Below are positions 9,891 through 19,846 of a DNA stretch of 64,000 nucleotides, one piece after another. The stretch comes from Cryomorphaceae bacterium (GTDB lineage Bacteria; Bacteroidota; Bacteroidia; Flavobacteriales; Schleiferiaceae), in the NCBI GenBank assembly GCA_007116495.1, contig SKIJ01000003.1, positions 13,708 to 77,707 of the forward strand, written 5' to 3'. Position numbers and translations under genes: made by a program. The stretch's first letter is position 1. Every line of letters begins with the position of its first letter. The notes under the pieces are model-generated. The model saw only the letters and a list, made by a program, of their open reading frames with translations, made no database searches and was not told where the DNA came from.

Positions 9891-11316
9891 GGGGTAATAT
9901 TCCTTTTAAAGTTTCACGTTCACGGTAAGCAAGCATTGCTGACAAAATACTCCAAATAAGTAGTTTCCATGCCATATGAACGTTCCAATAATAAAAAGCA
10001 AAGGTAACAAATACAGCCAGCACGACGACCAATGCATTAGGAAAAAAACGATACGGCACAAAATAACGCTTTTGCCCCCAATAAATAGATATTGTAAGAA
10101 CAACAATATGTGAAAGTAGATTGGCCCAAGCAGCACCAAGGATACCGATTAATGGTAGCAATGCAACGTTTAAAAGTATGGTAATGGCAGCGGCAATAAA
10201 AGACAGATACATACCATATCGTGTTTTGTCGGATAATTTATACCAAAGACTCACATGCATGATCAGTCCTAATAGTAGTTGAGAAACGAGAAGTATCGGT
10301 AATAATGAAAGCTGGTGATGGTATTTTTGGTCAATGAAACCTTTTATAATGTCCAAACCTGCAACAATACCTGTCATCGATATCACTAAAAACACAACCA
10401 AAAAATCAAAAATGCGTGCGTAGTGAGCCGGGGCATTTTTACGTTCTGAAGTAGAAAAAATATAAGGTTCAATGGCGTAACGGTAAGCTTGAATGGCGAG
10501 AGTCATAAACATTGCCAACTTGATTACAGCAGCATACACACCATTGTCGAAATCCGTGAGAATATGCCGTATGATGATCCGATCTATGAGCTCGTTGGTC
10601 ACCCCTGCTAAACCAGCTAACATTAGGGGAAATCCATATATCAATAACGGCTTAACGGCGTCAACGTCTATGCGGATTTTTACGTGAACGGGTATAAACG
10701 CCAATACCAACCACAATGACGAACAAAGGTTAGAAATAAAAATCATCTCAACATTATGCGTTCCGTCAAAACCAATTGTGTTAATGCCTTTACTGAAGAG
10801 AAATGGCGCCAACATGAAAAAATACAGATTTACCAAAATGTTGATGGCAATACCTGATAATCGTATAATGGCAAATCGCATTGGGCGCATCTGAAGTCTG
10901 AGTCGAGCAAATGGGACAGCAACGAGCAACTCACCACTTAGGATACCCAATGCCATGTAAAGGTATTGAGGCTGTTCGGCATAGCCTATAAGCGAAAGTA
11001 TTGTTTCGTGAAACACCAATATCAATGCAATAAATAATATTGTTGATGTAACAATAAACCCATGTGCAGCAGCAAATAACCGAACTGGGTCGGCACTTGA
11101 CTTTGATGCGTGACGAAAGAAAGCCGTTTCCAGACCAAAGGTTAAAACAACCGTCAAAATTGCAATGGATGCATATATGTATGCATTTGCCCCGTATAGC
11201 TCTTCGGTGAGGTATTTCGTATGAAGAGGAGTTAGTAAAAAATAGGAAAACCTTCCCAATATACTGGAAAGGCCATAAATTGCCGTTTGACCTAATAATT
11301 TTTTTGCTGTACTCAT
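9877..11316 (-). CDS. MOP-superfamily polysaccharide/oligosaccharide flippase (Wzx-like).
   Basis: Polytopic membrane protein, with about 12-14 hydrophobic segments by eye. The N-terminus '[32 protein letters not shown]' is typical of Bacteroidota polysaccharide-biosynthesis flippases. Confidence 0.7.
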   Translation of the reverse strand: MSTAKKLLGQTAIYGLSSILGRFSYFLLTPLHTKYLTEELYGANAYIYASIAILTVVLTFGLETAFFRHASKSSADPVRLFAAAHGFIVTSTILFIALILVFHETILSLIGYAEQPQYLYMALGILSGELLVAVPFARLRLQMRPMRFAIIRLSGIAINILVNLYFFMLAPFLFSKGINTIGFDGTHNVEMIFISNLCSSLWLVLAFIPVHVKIRIDVDAVKPLLIYGFPLMLAGLAGVTNELIDRIIIRHILTDFDNGVYAAVIKLAMFMTLAIQAYRYAIEPYIFSTSERKNAPAHYARIFDFLVVFLVISMTGIVAGLDIIKGFIDQKYHHQLSLLPILLVSQLLLGLIMHVSLWYKLSDKTRYGMYLSFIAAAITILLNVALLPLIGILGAAWANLLSHIVVLTISIYWGQKRYFVPYRFFPNALVVVLAVFVTFAFYYWNVHMAWKLLIWSILSAMLAYRERETLKGILPHAKR

Positions 11317-11340
11317 AAAGATTTGGCGAATGTACAGCGT

Positions 11341-14010
11341 TTATCGATATAACGAAATATAACCCGACATTTGTATTTCATCTTGAGGTGTCAACCCGCG
11401 ATAAATAACTCTAGCTACGTAGTAATATGTTCCTTCTGAAGCAGGTCTTCCGTTACGCATGTCATTACCGTCCCAACCTTCATCAATAAATATTTGTGTA
11501 CTTTCATTTTCGTACATCAAGTTACCCCATCTATTAAAAATCTGAATTTCTATCTTGCGAATATCACGCGCACCAGGCGTTGGACGAAAGAAATCGTTTT
11601 CACCATCGCCGTTAGGCGTGAATACATTGGGGAATTCCACTTCCGGGCAGGCGGGTATGCATATTTCTTCAGAGAAGTCACTTTCACGTCTTGTTCTATT
11701 GGGATCGATTGGATTGACTTTAACAACTGTCACTTTGTAACAACCACTAAATGGCATTTCAAAACCAGTTGCCGTCATGTCATTAATGTTCAAGTATGTT
11801 GGATTATCGGGGTACTCGCCATCCTCTTTTTCTTTGTAATAAATGTTAAAACCAATCAATTCTTGTTCTGAACAATCGGGATTATCGTCAAAAGCAAAAT
11901 CAAAAAAAAGCTCAGGATCAGGACATTCAAAATCGTTAAACACAATGGGTGGGCAAGGTCTTGCTGTATCCAATGCGATTCCGCACGCAATTTGTGAACG
12001 ATTAAGTAAACCCTCGGGCAAACCGGTTGCGTCAAAGTTACCGATGGTGAGAATGTAGTAGCAATATTCTTCACCGTTGACCAACCCGGTATCGACATAG
12101 AAAGGCTCTGTAGTAAAACCGATGGAGTCGAAATCTCCGCTAAGTTGGGGCGTTTCACGATAAACAATTAAGGTATCGTTTCGCCATGGACCGGAGAACT
12201 GGTAGGTAAGGGTTATTTGACCATTGCTGCCACTCGTCCGTAAAAATGGCTGAGTGGCCGGAACCGATTCCCCAAGATTGGTCTCTGATGGCAAAAGAAG
12301 TAAATCCACCTTATAGCGATATATGCTATCTCGTGTATTGAGACCAGTATCAACAAATGTGGTATCAAATAAGTCATCTTTAACATCGATTAATGAATAG
12401 TCATCACCGTCCATTCCCACGGTTCGGTAAAGCTCATATCGATAAGGTGGAGGAAAAAGTACACTGTCGAGATCATATGGTCTTGTCCACGCAACATTGA
12501 TGATACCATCTATACTATCCGTCTCTTCCACATCGACATTTGTTAGAATCGGGAGTGTTTTGGGCAGTTCAGCACAAACCTCATCAGATGCGATGCTTTC
12601 AGCACCGTCGGGATAAACAGCAACAATGCGGTAACAGTATACAATTCCTACTTTTTCGGGTTCAGTATCATCGTAAAATGTGTTGTTTATGCCGCTTACC
12701 TCATCAATCTTTTCAAACAAACCACCTGGCACACCAGTCTCACATTCTCCGGGTTCCCAACCCGATGGTCCTTCTCGACGGTAAATATCATAGCGTACTG
12801 CACCATTACAAGCCGGTGGCTGCCAAGTTAGTTCCACGCCAAGAGCCGTTCCAAAGGCATCGGGGTTACGGGGAGGAGGTGAAATAACTTGTATTTGAAC
12901 GGTTTGATAAGCAGTAAGTGGTGGTCTTCTTAATGGTGGTGGGTTATCGATTGCCCTAAAATATACAAAGTAGTTTTGTTGACGAATATGATTACAAGCT
13001 GTTCGCCAATTAAACCTACGTGTTACTGAACCCGTACCCGATGTATTACCGGTAATAAATGCCGGTGTATCAATTTCAAAAGGGCCGCCTTCTGCTGTAA
13101 GAGTTACCGGGTCGTTATTGGGATCAATGGCTGTAATGTCAAATTGAAGCGTGTCTCCGGCAACCAAACAGAATGGCCCAACCGGAGGGATTTCCGGGGG
13201 ATCGTTATTGCAATCTCCCTGAATAGTAACCTGTAAATCTCTGGTTACACGACTCAGTAATGCCCATACTCCGGAGGCTGATTTGCGGTACTCGATAATC
13301 TCAATCGCAAAATTAAACTGGCCTTGTACCTGTGGTGCATCCCATATCAAATCGCCGGTAATACTGTCTATGGTTACTGGGTCTTGCACAAAACTCGGGT
13401 CGTATGTGGTGCCGAATGGTGTTCCGTTTACCCCTCTCACATCAACCAAACGATAAGCGAGGGAGTCACCATCTGCGTCGTATGCAGCGGGGTTATGAAC
13501 AAATCGTTTACCCGTGCAGCCATCGTCTATAGGTGGGTTTAATAGCACCGGACTGGAGTTGGGACCTAATATAGCGTCAATAATGAGTGTGGTTTGCAGA
13601 TAAAACACTACATTAACGGAATTAGGAATATTGGCAATACCCTGATTTCGATTTGGATCTTGCATGGAAATCACATATGAACCAGGTGATAAATAACTGT
13701 GTGTTCCGCGATAAATGTTTTTCTTTACGTCGTTGGCATTGGGGATGATTTCGCCCATTCCTGCAGGCGAACAACTTCCTGATGTGTTACCATTGATTCT
13801 TGGGAGAAAATCAGACGTATTGTCTCCCCAAAATACCTCAACTTCACAGCGGTCTGCCGGACTACTGTTCTTGGTATACGTCGTTACCGTGATCTCGTAG
13901 TTATTGCCTCCTAAATGTCGGTACGTAATTTCACCTGCTCTGTTATGCGTTGCATAAACTGAAGCAGGGGTCAACAAGATGAGGAATGAAAATATGAGTA
14001 GTCGATTCAC
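11341..14010 (-). CDS. Large secreted adhesin-like protein with a gliding-motility-associated (type B T9SS) C-terminal domain.
   Basis: Signal peptide 'MNRLLIFSFLILLTPASVYA'. The C-terminus 'FPNVFTPNGDGENDFFRP...IFNRWGNLMYE...GWDGN...GTYYYV' is the type B T9SS / CHU_C signature. Confidence 0.85.
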   Translation of the reverse strand: MNRLLIFSFLILLTPASVYATHNRAGEITYRHLGGNNYEITVTTYTKNSSPADRCEVEVFWGDNTSDFLPRINGNTSGSCSPAGMGEIIPNANDVKKNIYRGTHSYLSPGSYVISMQDPNRNQGIANIPNSVNVVFYLQTTLIIDAILGPNSSPVLLNPPIDDGCTGKRFVHNPAAYDADGDSLAYRLVDVRGVNGTPFGTTYDPSFVQDPVTIDSITGDLIWDAPQVQGQFNFAIEIIEYRKSASGVWALLSRVTRDLQVTIQGDCNNDPPEIPPVGPFCLVAGDTLQFDITAIDPNNDPVTLTAEGGPFEIDTPAFITGNTSGTGSVTRRFNWRTACNHIRQQNYFVYFRAIDNPPPLRRPPLTAYQTVQIQVISPPPRNPDAFGTALGVELTWQPPACNGAVRYDIYRREGPSGWEPGECETGVPGGLFEKIDEVSGINNTFYDDTEPEKVGIVYCYRIVAVYPDGAESIASDEVCAELPKTLPILTNVDVEETDSIDGIINVAWTRPYDLDSVLFPPPYRYELYRTVGMDGDDYSLIDVKDDLFDTTFVDTGLNTRDSIYRYKVDLLLLPSETNLGESVPATQPFLRTSGSNGQITLTYQFSGPWRNDTLIVYRETPQLSGDFDSIGFTTEPFYVDTGLVNGEEYCYYILTIGNFDATGLPEGLLNRSQIACGIALDTARPCPPIVFNDFECPDPELFFDFAFDDNPDCSEQELIGFNIYYKEKEDGEYPDNPTYLNINDMTATGFEMPFSGCYKVTVVKVNPIDPNRTRRESDFSEEICIPACPEVEFPNVFTPNGDGENDFFRPTPGARDIRKIEIQIFNRWGNLMYENESTQIFIDEGWDGNDMRNGRPASEGTYYYVARVIYRGLTPQDEIQMSGYISLYR

Positions 14011-14317
14011 GTTTTAATATTTGCCTTCAAGGATGAACTTTAGTATGTTTTTTTGAAACTATAAAACTACAACAAGCTGATTAAAGCATCGTGTTAAATA
14101 TGAGAAAAAGCAACAAAAATTTAGCCACAATAATCATAGTTGAATTACCGATTATTTTTAACTATTTTTGAATCGACAAAGTTTGCGCAAAATCTAATTT
14201 TTCACTGACCTAATGGAGTATTTTGAATCCTAAGAAAAAAGCTTCGGTACGAATTATTAATCCTTAATCAAGTGGATTGCTTAAAGCGCATTGAAATACC
14301 TTAAACCACTTACCATT

Positions 14318-14620
14318 ATGAAACGATTTCTACACATCATCATCGGACCAATTTCTATAATCCCACTGCTTTTTACAATATTATTTTTGATAAACCTATT
14401 TTCCTTTCCGGACTTATGGATATCTATGGAGAGCATGTTTGTTTGGCTTCTGTATGTTGTTTTGATTATGATCGGAGTAATATCTTATTTTGTCGTTCAT
14501 ATTTTTCATACCACAAAAATCAGAAGCGATAAAAAGACTTTATGGACAATTATTTTATTTTTTGGACATGTTGTCGCCATGCCTATTTATTGGTATCTCT
14601 TTGTTTTATCGGATGAATAA
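14318..14620 (+). CDS. Small three-TM membrane protein, possibly PLDc_N-like.
   Basis: Three hydrophobic segments. 'KKTLWTIILFFGHVVAMPIYWYLF' resembles the PLD-nuclease N-terminal membrane domain; this is weak and from memory. The ATG at 14318 is preferred over the TTG at 14291. Confidence 0.5.
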   Translation: MKRFLHIIIGPISIIPLLFTILFLINLFSFPDLWISMESMFVWLLYVVLIMIGVISYFVVHIFHTTKIRSDKKTLWTIILFFGHVVAMPIYWYLFVLSDE

Positions 14621-15496
14621 TTAGCGCCTATAATGCGGATACGTCTTCATTTCCGATCCAAAGGATTTATAAAAGCGTTCGAGACCGGGTATGTCGCTCC
14701 CTTCAAAATCAAATACGCCACCACGTTCGGCACCCCACATTAAGGCATTGTCAATCAATTTTGTCATTGCTCCGTTATCCTTCCCGTATGGTTCTTGTCC
14801 ACTAAAGAGAAAAACCATGCGCTTAGATGTGTACGCTATAAAACAAGCAGCAACCGGGCTATTTCTCTCGTCATGCACACTCCATACAACGCCCATTTTG
14901 CGGTATATCAATGTATACATGATTTGTTTGATGCGATCGTAATGCCAGTCGCTCAACCCTACCTCTCCCCCTTTATTGCGTTTAAACAATAACACTAGCG
15001 TATCTGGAGTGTCATTTTCAAAAACATTAAGACCGACTTTATCGGCTTTTTTTAAGTTCCGTTTTATCTGTGAACTGTAGTTGTTGTAGATGGACTGATA
15101 TGATTGGCTAAGGGAAATTTCGTATGTTCGTCTTGTGTTGTGACGTATATCTTTTGGAAAAACATTTCCAACATTAAAGTATAAATCTTTGTGCAGGTAG
15201 GTTTTGGGAATGGCGTTAAGAAATACACCAGTAATGTCTGCCGTAACAGGTTCCTTTCCAAAAATACCTAATTGCTGAACGCCGTAAGGGCGATACAAAT
15301 ATGGTATAACACCCCATTTTTTCTTGTAAACAAGAGGCATTACCCATTCGTAGTCGCCATAAACAAGAGCATCCCAATACTTTGATATCATATCTAAATA
15401 CCAGTGAAACGCATAGAAATGTCCTGAAGGGTCTTGCTTTACACACTTATCCCACTTTTCGCTATCGAGGTGCTGTTGTTTTATAAGTTTTATCAT
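14621..15496 (-). CDS. FemAB / BioF2-like GNAT-fold acyl- or aminoacyl-transferase (tentative).
   Basis: Its size and N-terminus 'LDSEKWDKCVKQDPSGHFYAFHWYLDMISKYWDALVYGDYEWVMPL' resemble proteins annotated as GNAT / FemAB-like in Bacteroidota. The family assignment is not verified. Last gene of a three-gene coupled operon. Confidence 0.4.
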   Translation of the reverse strand: MIKLIKQQHLDSEKWDKCVKQDPSGHFYAFHWYLDMISKYWDALVYGDYEWVMPLVYKKKWGVIPYLYRPYGVQQLGIFGKEPVTADITGVFLNAIPKTYLHKDLYFNVGNVFPKDIRHNTRRTYEISLSQSYQSIYNNYSSQIKRNLKKADKVGLNVFENDTPDTLVLLFKRNKGGEVGLSDWHYDRIKQIMYTLIYRKMGVVWSVHDERNSPVAACFIAYTSKRMVFLFSGQEPYGKDNGAMTKLIDNALMWGAERGGVFDFEGSDIPGLERFYKSFGSEMKTYPHYRR

Positions 15497-16800
15497 TTCG
15501 ACGTTGCGTAATGTAAGAGGTTATCTAGGGCACGCGTCCAACCTTTCCAACTTGGCTGCAATTCGGAAAACGTCCTATGGTGCCAAACCAAATTAAATTC
15601 ACCGCCATATTTAAAAACCAAATCAGCATAGCGTTTCATTATAGGCATTACTTTATCTGTAGACATCTTTTTTCGTTCGCTAAAATATGTGTCTAAAAAA
15701 TAAAATGGATGAACTGTAAGATTTGTTTCCTCATTGGCCACTGCATCGAAAAAATTAAACGAGAGAGATGTTCCGGCTCTAAATCCATCTCTGTCTGGAT
15801 ACCCCATACTATAATCATCAGTAATACCTAACGCAATCAGTTGTCTATATGTTTCGGGAAATTGTAAGCGAATATAGTGTTGTCTACTGATTCGTATGCG
15901 ATTACTTGCTATAGCACATAAACGCTGATGTTCTTTTTCTAATTCAGCTAAATTGCCAAATGCAGAGTATGAAGGATGCCAACCAACTTCAGCTTCCGTC
16001 TCCATATTTTCTATGAGTTTATGGAAGTCGGAATTTTTTGGATGTAGACTTCTATCGTGAGGTGATAAACCTGCACACAATACAAAGTGAATAAGTGGTA
16101 CGTTGTGTCTGCGAGCAATTGCCCATTGACTATCATAAGTTAAATAGGGGTCTTTTTTAGAAGAAAACAACGTATTTAATCTGTAAATAAGCGTTTTATC
16201 CATACGGAGTAGTGCACGGCCGATGCCTAAAATAGATCGCGTAACCCCTTTAAACGCGTATGCGGACGCATTATCTACATCCACTGTTAATAAACATGAC
16301 GCCTTGGGTGATGTAAAAGGATCAACACCCCATCTATCAATCAACAGCTTAACCAGTTTGTTTCGCCAAATATCAACAATGGGTACATCAAGAAACCCCA
16401 TGCGGTATGCCAAGCTATGTTTGGCTTGAAACCGTCCGTGTTCGTCAGGATTTGAATGATCATATTCTTCGTATCTGGAAATACAAAAAAAAACAGCAGC
16501 AAAGACATCAAAAGACATCATCCCTTCTCCCGGAAAAATGTGCACATCCTCTCCTTCTCCTCTTAACTTGACTTTGTGCTTTAGACCTTCACTTTGCTCT
16601 AAAAAGGAACTATTGAAAATCCATGGAATCGCAACTCCACCCTGCTCCGGTGCATACCAAATTTTACAAGGTGATTCATGCGCAATAACCGTTTGAGAAT
16701 CTGTGTAAACCACAACATCAACCTTGAGCCAGCGGTTGAAGATGGTCTTGAGTGTATAGGTAAGTCTAGGCGATGTGTATGGACTGTAGACAACTATCAT
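15493..16800 (-). CDS. Uncharacterised protein with a NodB-like (polysaccharide deacetylase-like) C-terminal half.
   Basis: 'LTVDVDNA' (Asp-Asp motif), 'VGWHPSYSA' and 'ISRQHYIRL' resemble NodB motifs 1-3. I cannot place the N-terminal ~160 aa ('FDVFAAVFFCISRYEEY'). ATGA overlaps at both ends. Confidence 0.4.
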   Translation of the reverse strand: MIVVYSPYTSPRLTYTLKTIFNRWLKVDVVVYTDSQTVIAHESPCKIWYAPEQGGVAIPWIFNSSFLEQSEGLKHKVKLRGEGEDVHIFPGEGMMSFDVFAAVFFCISRYEEYDHSNPDEHGRFQAKHSLAYRMGFLDVPIVDIWRNKLVKLLIDRWGVDPFTSPKASCLLTVDVDNASAYAFKGVTRSILGIGRALLRMDKTLIYRLNTLFSSKKDPYLTYDSQWAIARRHNVPLIHFVLCAGLSPHDRSLHPKNSDFHKLIENMETEAEVGWHPSYSAFGNLAELEKEHQRLCAIASNRIRISRQHYIRLQFPETYRQLIALGITDDYSMGYPDRDGFRAGTSLSFNFFDAVANEETNLTVHPFYFLDTYFSERKKMSTDKVMPIMKRYADLVFKYGGEFNLVWHHRTFSELQPSWKGWTRALDNLLHYATSK

Positions 16801-17510
16801 AACAGCAAACCTCCGTTAAAATGTAACGTTTGCCCTGTTACATAACCACTTTTTTTTCCAATCAACCACAACAGCATTTCCGCTAATTCATCTGGGTTTC
16901 CAAGTTCACCTACAGGAATTCGCTGCCTGAGAGATTCACGCATTTTCTCTGGAACATCTTGAATCATTCCCGTTTCAAGGTACCCGGGAGCTATTGCATT
17001 TACGGTAATGCCTCTTGATGCCAACTCTACAGCTTGAGCACGCATAAGGCCTAGAATACCTGCTTTTGAGGCCGCGTAGGCTGCCGTACCCGGAACTCCT
17101 TGTTGGGCAACAATAGAACTCATATACACAATTCTTCCCCAACGAAGTTCACGCATATTGGGAATACAAAGTGAAGATAACTGAAATGCTGCATTTAGGT
17201 TTACCGCTAATACGCTACTCCAATCATCAAAAGACAACTTCCAGCTCATGGCATTAATATTTATCCCCGCATTATGAATCAATATATTGGGGTGCCCAAC
17301 CTCACGTGTAATGCGTTTGTGAATTGATGAAATCTCTTCATGTGAAGATAAATCAACGGAATATTGTCTTATGTTGGGGTGTTTAATTGCATTGATGTTG
17401 GCTTGGCGTTTACCGGCAACAGCAACAACCAAAAAACCCGCACTTAGTAATCTACGGGTAAATACCGTTCCTATCCCACCTGACGCACCGGTTAAGAGTA
17501 CAATTTGCAT
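16797..17510 (-). CDS. Short-chain dehydrogenase/reductase, FabG-like.
   Basis: 'LLTGASGGIGTVF' (TGxxxGxG), 'NAG' and the catalytic 'YAASKAGILGL' (YxxxK). The ATG at 17510 places the Rossmann motif at the N-terminus. The track start at 17570 adds 20 non-homologous residues. Confidence 0.85.
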   Translation of the reverse strand: MQIVLLTGASGGIGTVFTRRLLSAGFLVVAVAGKRQANINAIKHPNIRQYSVDLSSHEEISSIHKRITREVGHPNILIHNAGININAMSWKLSFDDWSSVLAVNLNAAFQLSSLCIPNMRELRWGRIVYMSSIVAQQGVPGTAAYAASKAGILGLMRAQAVELASRGITVNAIAPGYLETGMIQDVPEKMRESLRQRIPVGELGNPDELAEMLLWLIGKKSGYVTGQTLHFNGGLLL

Positions 17511-17606
17511 AAACGGTCGCGATAGATTAATTGTGACAACGCTCAAAACATCGGCATACTGTTTCAGCAATGGCCGTGTATTTTGATAAAGCGCTAATGT
17601 GATTTG

Positions 17607-17680
17607 TGATCGCGACAGGATTCGAACCTGTGACCGTCTGCTTAGAAGGCAGATGCTCTATCCAGCTGAGCTACGCGACC
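17607..17680 (-). tRNA. tRNA-Arg (anticodon TCT).
   Basis: The reverse complement GGTCGCGTAGCTCAGCTGGATAGAGCATCTGCCTTCTAAGCAGACGGTCACAGGTTCGAATCCTGTCGCGATCA folds as a cloverleaf: 7-bp acceptor stem, anticodon loop CTTCTAA, T-loop TTCGAAT. CCA is not encoded. Confidence 0.95.
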
Positions 17681-17697
17681 TGCTTATTAAAGAACGG

Positions 17698-17705
17698 CAA
17701 AAGTA
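17698..17705 (-). promoter_or_regulatory. Bacteroidota-type -7 promoter box (TACTTTTG) for tRNA-Arg.
   Basis: Matches the TAnnTTTG consensus on the minus strand, 18 nt upstream of the mature tRNA 5' end. Confidence 0.5.
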
Positions 17706-17838
17706 ATGCAATAAATGCGCATTTACAAATGTCAAAAAAAAACAATGCAAAAAATAACACGATAAAAAAACACTGTGAAAGCCGCATTTTTTTCATACTT
17801 TCGGCAAAATTTTTTGTCTACACAAAATATAATTACAA

Positions 17839-19776
17839 ATGGCATTAAACAAAAAAGGTAATTTGGGTGCAAGCCCGACCATTGACGTTCAACCAACAGG
17901 GCATCCAGACGGTTTATTTGTTCTGTTTTTCTCCGAAATGTGGGAGCGGTTCTGTTATTATGGAATGCGCGTCTTGCTCACGCTTTATCTCGTAAAGTCA
18001 TTGGCTAAAGGAGATGCTGAAGCATCATTAATCTACGGTGCTTATACGGCTTTGGTCTATGCAGCACCCGTACTTGGTGGCCGTTTGGCTGATAAATACC
18101 TGGGGTACAAATACGCAATCATTTTAGGTGCCATTATGATGGCGCTCGGTGAGTTTTTGATATTAGGTGGTAATGAATTTTGGTTGTTGGCCGGTATGGG
18201 AGCCATCATTGTTGGCAACGGTTATTTCAAAGCAAATATTTCGACCATAGTTGGAAAACTTTACAAAGACGACGACCCTAGACGTGACTCCGGTTTTACA
18301 ATTTTTTACATTGGCATCAACGTTGGGGCTTTATTAGCCACTACTGTTGTCGCAATTGTTGGTGAAACCTACGGGTTCAAATACGGATTCGCACTTGCGG
18401 GATTTGGTATGCTCGCCGGTTTTTTAATTTTTTGGCTCGGTCAAAACCGTTATGCGGCAGCCAACGGTTTACAAGTCACAGAACTTGGCCATAAACGTTC
18501 CCCTGTTGGCATCAAAAATGTTCATCTCATTACGATTCTCTCGTTTTTAACCATCCCCCTTTGCTTTGTACTTATTTCTCAAAATGAGATTCTAATGTAC
18601 ATGCTCATCGCTATTTTCATAGGTGTTGGATATCAGCTCATAAAAGCTGGTGCAGCCGAAGGAAAAATTTGGAAGGATCGCATGATAGCACTGGTTATTA
18701 TGATGATAATCAATGTGGTTTTTTGGGCGTGTTTTGAACAAGCAGGTACATCGCTTACACTTTTTGCTGACCGCAATGTTGATCGTGAAATATGGGGGTG
18801 GCTTATGCCCGCATCCATGACTCAGTTTTTCAATCCTGCATTCATCATCATTTTTGGTTCTATATTTTCAGTAATGTGGGTGCGACTCACCGCGATAAAT
18901 AAAAACCCTTCTATTCCCATGAAATTTTCTTTTGGAATTCTCCAATTGGGATTAGGCTTTCTCGTTACCATTATTGGCTTACAAATGGAAAGTGAATTTA
19001 AAGTTCCTCTATTGACGTTAGTTATCTTGTATTTGCTTCACACAACGGGTGAATTATTTTTATCTCCTATTGGCCTGTCCATGGTTACCAAATTGTCACC
19101 AAAAAGCATTTCAGGAACCGCAATGGGTGGGTGGTTCTTGTCTTTTGCAATGGCTAACTTTTTAGCCGGACAGATTGCTGGATTAACGAGCGCAAAAGAA
19201 GACATTGATCCACTGAAGGAAAAGAAAACACTCACCATTAAAACAGCATTAGAGGAAAACAAGGCAGACACTTCGTTTGATGATTGGGTAACCTTGTCAG
19301 GGTTTGCTCCCAACATCAACTTAGGCGACTACAACAAAGTTGTGGAATGGGTGTCCTTTAGAAAAGCATGGAGAGATAATGCCCAGTTAAGTGATTTTTT
19401 AGATATTCGTGATCGTAACTTAATCGACCCCGAAGATGGAATTTCTAATTGGCTAGACCGCAATCATTGGGAAGCTCTAAGCGCAAAGGTAGATGCCATT
19501 TATATGGAAGACTCCATCATGAAAGCGAATGATAATGTTGTTAAAAACATCGACTTCGAATCTTATATGTATTACAGATTTAAACTTGATGGTGATGACG
19601 ACTGGAGTGAAACCATTCAAACCGCATACAATAAACGCATTGTAGAAGTAAACGAGGTAAGTTTGAAAAAATATGTTGGTGTCTTTTCAACACTTGGCTA
19701 TGTACTCCTTGCAGTTGCACTGATTATAGCACTATTGGCTCGTCCACTTAATAAACTCATGCACGGGGTCCGTTAA
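17839..19776 (+). CDS. POT/PTR2-family proton-dependent di/tripeptide transporter with a hydrophilic insertion before the last TM.
   Basis: 'FSEMWERFCYYGMRVLLTLYL' is the PTR2 signature. There are multiple TM segments and a ~160-aa charged segment (nt ~19190-19675) before the final hydrophobic helix. Confidence 0.9.
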   Translation: MALNKKGNLGASPTIDVQPTGHPDGLFVLFFSEMWERFCYYGMRVLLTLYLVKSLAKGDAEASLIYGAYTALVYAAPVLGGRLADKYLGYKYAIILGAIMMALGEFLILGGNEFWLLAGMGAIIVGNGYFKANISTIVGKLYKDDDPRRDSGFTIFYIGINVGALLATTVVAIVGETYGFKYGFALAGFGMLAGFLIFWLGQNRYAAANGLQVTELGHKRSPVGIKNVHLITILSFLTIPLCFVLISQNEILMYMLIAIFIGVGYQLIKAGAAEGKIWKDRMIALVIMMIINVVFWACFEQAGTSLTLFADRNVDREIWGWLMPASMTQFFNPAFIIIFGSIFSVMWVRLTAINKNPSIPMKFSFGILQLGLGFLVTIIGLQMESEFKVPLLTLVILYLLHTTGELFLSPIGLSMVTKLSPKSISGTAMGGWFLSFAMANFLAGQIAGLTSAKEDIDPLKEKKTLTIKTALEENKADTSFDDWVTLSGFAPNINLGDYNKVVEWVSFRKAWRDNAQLSDFLDIRDRNLIDPEDGISNWLDRNHWEALSAKVDAIYMEDSIMKANDNVVKNIDFESYMYYRFKLDGDDDWSETIQTAYNKRIVEVNEVSLKKYVGVFSTLGYVLLAVALIIALLARPLNKLMHGVR

Positions 19777-19792
19777 TGAAAAAACAGTTAAT

Positions 19793-19828
19793 AAAAAAGA
19801 GGCATCAACTAATGGTGCCTCTTTTTTT
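19793..19828. terminator. Bidirectional rho-independent terminator between convergent genes.
   Basis: Stem agaggca(tc) / (gg)tgcctct with a ~7-nt loop, an A-run on the 5' side and a T-run on the 3' side. Confidence 0.8.
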
Positions 19829-19846
19829 GCCCTGTAAAAAAATCAA

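Noticed and set aside
11494-12167. Several 60-125-aa ORFs on both strands inside the type B T9SS cargo gene.
   Set aside because: They are nested within, or antisense to, a long ORF that has a signal peptide and a recognisable C-terminal sorting domain. Nothing supports them independently.
17511-17838. tRNA-Arg as a possible integration hotspot or genomic-island boundary.
   Set aside because: There is no integrase, no visible direct repeat of the tRNA 3' end, and no obvious compositional break. The flanking genes look like ordinary core genes.
17606-17848. 80-aa plus-strand ORF in the track.
   Set aside because: Its 5' part is the antisense of a clean tRNA-Arg cloverleaf, and the rest is A-rich intergenic sequence. 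It is a spurious ORF.
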